Assembly (NCBI GenBank): GCA_030603365.1
Contig: JAUVXV010000003.1
Coordinates: 1 to 64,000 of the forward strand
Direction: 5' to 3'
DNA: 64,000 nucleotides
Origin: Candidatus Heimdallarchaeota archaeon
GTDB lineage: Archaea; Asgardarchaeota; Heimdallarchaeia; Heimdallarchaeales; Heimdallarchaeaceae
The notes beneath the pieces are model-generated. The model had not been told where the DNA came from. It did not search any database and worked only from the letters and a program-made list of their open reading frames with translations. This document shows, piece by piece, positions 60,836 to 64,000 of the stretch. Both the position numbers and the translations under genes were made by a program. Each line of letters starts with the position of its first letter. The first letter of the stretch is position 1.

Positions 60836-61964
60836 ATCACTCCAGACTAAACCTCTTGTTGTAGATAATGGAACTGGATTTACAAAAAACGGATTTGCAG
60901 GAGAAGATCAACCAAGAAGTGTTTTTCCAACAATTATAGGTTATCCTAAGCAACCGGTTGTAATGCCTGATGTTGAAGGATGGATAAGAGAACACTACAT
61001 TGGTGAAGAAGCAATGAATATGAGAGGTGTTCTCAAGCTAGTTTACCCCATGGAACACGGGCAAGTTAAGGACTGGCAAGCAATGGAAAACATTTGGCAT
61101 TACACGTTCTACAATGATCTAAGAGTTAATCCAAATGAACATCCTATAATGTTAACTGAACCCCCTTTGAATGATAATCGAAACAAGGAAAAGATGGCTG
61201 AGTTAATGTTTGAAATTTTCAATGTTCCAGCTATATATATCTCAATGCAAGCTATACTTTCACTCTATGCATCTGGAAGAACAACTGGACTTGTTGTAGA
61301 TGCAGGAGATGGAGTTATTCATATAGTTCCGGTCTATGAAGGTTTTGCGATATCCCATGCTATACACAGATGCGACATTGGAGGACGAGACATTACTCAT
61401 TATCTGCGAACTTTACTTAAACAACGAGGCTATTCACTGACAACTAGTGCAGAACGAGAGATTGTACGAGATATCAAAGAAAGATTATGTTACATTGCAT
61501 TAGATCCTGAAAAAGAATTAAGATTATCTGAAAGAGTCTCTGGAATGGAAAAGGATTATGTTATGCCTGATGGTGAAAATATAACAATAGGATCAGAACG
61601 ATTTATAGCACCAGAGTTGCTATTCAACCCTGGTGTAATTGGATCAGAAGAAGAACCTTTGGATGAGATAATTTACCGAATGGTACAGAATTGTGATGTT
61701 GATCTACGCAGAGATCTTTTTTCAAATATAGTGCTCTCTGGTGGAACAACAATGTTTCCAGGATTAAAGGAACGGCTACATAAAGAACTAGTTGAACTCG
61801 TTCCAGAAACAACTGAGGTAAAAATAATCTCACCTCCAGAGAGAAGATATTCCGTTTGGATTGGTGGAAGTATTTTAAGCTCTTTGAAAACATTCAATAA
61901 ATTATGGGTTACAAAAAAGGAATATAAAGAAACAGGACCTACAGCAGTTTATCGCTGTATTTAG
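60825..61964 (+). CDS. Actin (Asgard Lokiactin-like, 379 aa)
   Basis: LVVDNGTG, GFAGEDQPRSVFP, YPMEHG, IWHYTFYNDLRV, LTEPPLN, QAILSLYASGRTTG, DAGDG, TTSAEREIVRDIKE, LSGGTTMFPG, PPERRYSVWIGGSIL. AAGGAG RBS at 60812 supports ATG60825. Confidence 0.97.
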   Translation: MAAESLQTKPLVVDNGTGFTKNGFAGEDQPRSVFPTIIGYPKQPVVMPDVEGWIREHYIGEEAMNMRGVLKLVYPMEHGQVKDWQAMENIWHYTFYNDLRVNPNEHPIMLTEPPLNDNRNKEKMAELMFEIFNVPAIYISMQAILSLYASGRTTGLVVDAGDGVIHIVPVYEGFAISHAIHRCDIGGRDITHYLRTLLKQRGYSLTTSAEREIVRDIKERLCYIALDPEKELRLSERVSGMEKDYVMPDGENITIGSERFIAPELLFNPGVIGSEEEPLDEIIYRMVQNCDVDLRRDLFSNIVLSGGTTMFPGLKERLHKELVELVPETTEVKIISPPERRYSVWIGGSILSSLKTFNKLWVTKKEYKETGPTAVYRCI

Positions 61965-62117
61965 ACAGTTTATTCCTTTAAACGCCCACTTTTTTATTTT
62001 TTTAGAAGATTCCTCTTCTTTCTGAAATTATTTGTTCTTCATGGGATTCAAGAGAATTTTTGTTTCCGAAGAGCAAAAGTTATATTTCAATACTTTTACT
62101 ACTAATTTAGTGATAAT

Positions 62118-62294
62118 ATGGTAGTTTATAGACCCGATGCTTTTATCTGTAATAATTGTGGAGAGCGCTTCAACAACGAACAGAAAAAGACCTTAAAAGA
62201 ACAAGTAGATGGAATATTCATCACAAAAACTGTTTGTCCTGAATGTTTATCACCAGATATTAGAACAACAATTACTGGTCATCGGGATGAATAA
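62118..62294 (+). CDS. 58-aa zinc-ribbon protein (not in the ORF track)
   Basis: MVVYRPDAFICNNCGERF...VCPECLSPDI...*; GTGA RBS-like sequence upstream. Confidence 0.65.
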   Translation: MVVYRPDAFICNNCGERFNNEQKKTLKEQVDGIFITKTVCPECLSPDIRTTITGHRDE

Positions 62295-62369
62295 GAACAC
62301 ATTTTTGTATTACGGGGGTAGTCTCTTTATCATACTTACTCTATAAAAAAGTAAAGCTATTTTTATTAT

Positions 62370-62543
62370 ATGCAACCCGAGAATCTTGTAAATGAGATGA
62401 ATCGAATCCTTGTGAAAATGGACAAAGAATTGCATAGTTTGAACAAGGAACTAGATAAGATTTTGAAGAAATATCCCGGATACATGGAAGATGAAGAAAT
62501 TAAGTTAAAATACGCTATGCGTAGATACAACCATGGAAAATAG
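62370..62543 (+). CDS. 57-aa helical hypothetical protein (not in the ORF track)
   Basis: MQPENLVNEMNRILVKMDKELHSLNKELDKILKKYPG...*; more protein-like than the tracked antisense ORF. Confidence 0.5.
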   Translation: MQPENLVNEMNRILVKMDKELHSLNKELDKILKKYPGYMEDEEIKLKYAMRRYNHGK

Positions 62544-62669
62544 ATTGTACTCAAATCCTCTATGGCTTAATTTGGGGGGTTCTGGGGATGATTTACTCTA
62601 TTTGGCATTAGAATTATTGAGGAATCATTTTATATTATACATCCTAAGTATTATCAAAAAAGCAATATA

Positions 62670-63707
62670 GTGTTGAAGATGAAAGAACTCAAAATCTCTG
62701 TTCAGGCAGAACGGTTGGATATTGTAAAAGAATTATTCGAAAGGTTGGGTTATACTTATACGATAACAATCTTTGAAGAAATAGCTACTCTAACAATAAT
62801 TGTGAAAAATCAGCATACGTCTACAATATTAGAAGAATTAAAAGGAATAGGAGTTGGAACAGTTTTTGGAACAATTGTTGTTTCTCCCGTTGATTTAGAA
62901 ATTTCATCTACAAAGAAAGAATCATTGTTGAGAGATAGAGGAATCAGCATTGATGAAATGATATCAAATACAAAAGGATTAGCTCTCATTAATACAACAT
63001 TTGTTGGTTTAATAATTCTAGCTGGGCTTTTATCTTCGTTTGGTTTAATCTACGATAATGTAGTTATTATCATTGCAAGTATGATCATTGCTCCTTTACT
63101 GGGACCAATAGCTCTTACAGTTATTGGTACAATGACTCCTAAGAATATTTATTCAAAAAGATCTATAGCAGCTGAAATAATCGGTTTATTCGTAATTATC
63201 TTCATTGGTTTTATAGTGGGAATAATATACAGATACGCTGAACCAACTGCGATTGTTGCTAGTGATACTATACAAAGTGATCAAATACTCCTAAGAATTA
63301 AACCAACTATAGGTGACATTATTTTTGCAATAGCTAGCGGATTAGCTGCAGGTCTTTTTATCATTAGAGGTGAAAGTACTGCTATTGTAGGCGTTGCAGT
63401 TGCTGCATCTTTATGTCCACCCGCAGCTAATGCAGGTTTATTATTAGCAACACCTGGTTTGATTAGTGAAGCATTTGGATCTTTGGTATTACTAGGATTG
63501 AACGTTCTAGCAATTTATGCATCCTGCGCACTAATATTCTGGACATCACAATCATTTGTAAGAGGAGGAACAGTTTCCACTAGGCAATTCAAAAAAATCA
63601 GCAGAAAATACATTACACAAATTGTAATGACTTTCCTTGTCTTAGCTGCACTAATCACACTAATAGTGCTAGATAATATTTACAACTTTATTGTAATAAA
63701 TCCGTAA
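62670..63707 (+). CDS. DUF389/TIGR00341-family membrane protein
   Basis: VIIIASMIIAPLLGPI, IASGLAAG, GVAVAASLCPP. Confidence 0.88.
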   Translation: MLKMKELKISVQAERLDIVKELFERLGYTYTITIFEEIATLTIIVKNQHTSTILEELKGIGVGTVFGTIVVSPVDLEISSTKKESLLRDRGISIDEMISNTKGLALINTTFVGLIILAGLLSSFGLIYDNVVIIIASMIIAPLLGPIALTVIGTMTPKNIYSKRSIAAEIIGLFVIIFIGFIVGIIYRYAEPTAIVASDTIQSDQILLRIKPTIGDIIFAIASGLAAGLFIIRGESTAIVGVAVAASLCPPAANAGLLLATPGLISEAFGSLVLLGLNVLAIYASCALIFWTSQSFVRGGTVSTRQFKKISRKYITQIVMTFLVLAALITLIVLDNIYNFIVINP

Positions 63708-63740
63708 CGAATCAATGAAAAGGTTGGCAAATAAATTTTT

Positions 63741-63926
63741 TTATCTAAAATGCTCAATCATTGATTTCATAACCATTTTTACAGCATATTGTGCTTCTTC
63801 GGTTAAATCTGAAAAATCTTTCCCACAACTTGGGCAACCTTCATACCCTTCTGGGTCACTTTTTCCAAATTTAAATCCACAATGGAAGCAATATACATTA
63901 TTTGGCAATTTGCTCATGTTTATCAC
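63741..63926 (-). CDS. Small zinc-ribbon protein
   Basis: YCFHCG...GCPSCG. Confidence 0.65.
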   Translation of the reverse strand: MINMSKLPNNVYCFHCGFKFGKSDPEGYEGCPSCGKDFSDLTEEAQYAVKMVMKSMIEHFR

Positions 63927-64000
63927 AATTAATTAAGGATTCTTTCCAAATAAACTTTTGTGAAATTTTCGTATTTTTTCGAGATAGTATTTATGTGAAA

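Noticed and set aside
57900-64000. Actin cassette as part of a provirus or plasmid
   Set aside because: No integrase, replication gene, tRNA or att repeat is visible; flanking genes look chromosomal, though the window ends 2 kb downstream.

Overview
Low-GC archaeal chromosomal segment, most consistent with an Asgard archaeon (probably Heimdallarchaeia-like; this is inference). Support: a eukaryote-like actin, a uDENN/longin-like protein, a long TPR protein, type II methionine aminopeptidase, GGTGA/GGAG ribosome-binding sites and oligo-T terminators. Housekeeping and metabolic genes include dnaK-dnaJ, map, class I gap, rocD, a sugar-type ABC importer with a fused permease, a heterodimeric ABC exporter, an 11-PAS sensor, and a cobalamin cluster (non-pyrrolysine MttB, corrinoid protein, split methionine-synthase modules, and an opine-dehydrogenase plus B12-protein pair). 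Three genes are disrupted. The best candidate for an undescribed system is at about 59.9-62.0 kb: a full-length actin gene overlaps, and is probably translationally coupled to, a gene for an AT-hook/bZIP-like basic-helix coiled-coil protein. That gene is preceded by two copies of a GTC(T/C)CGAGAC palindrome flanking a TATA-like box. The site-adaptor-filament layout recalls ParMRC but is built on a true actin. The second candidate is a 7-kb operon (13.8-20.8 kb) encoding a STAND-like NTPase with alpha-SNAP-like repeats, an all-helical protein, and a TrmB-type regulator with about 1000 aa of helical insertion. I saw no rRNA, tRNA, CRISPR array, integrase or transposase. All family calls come from motif recognition by eye; no database searches were run.
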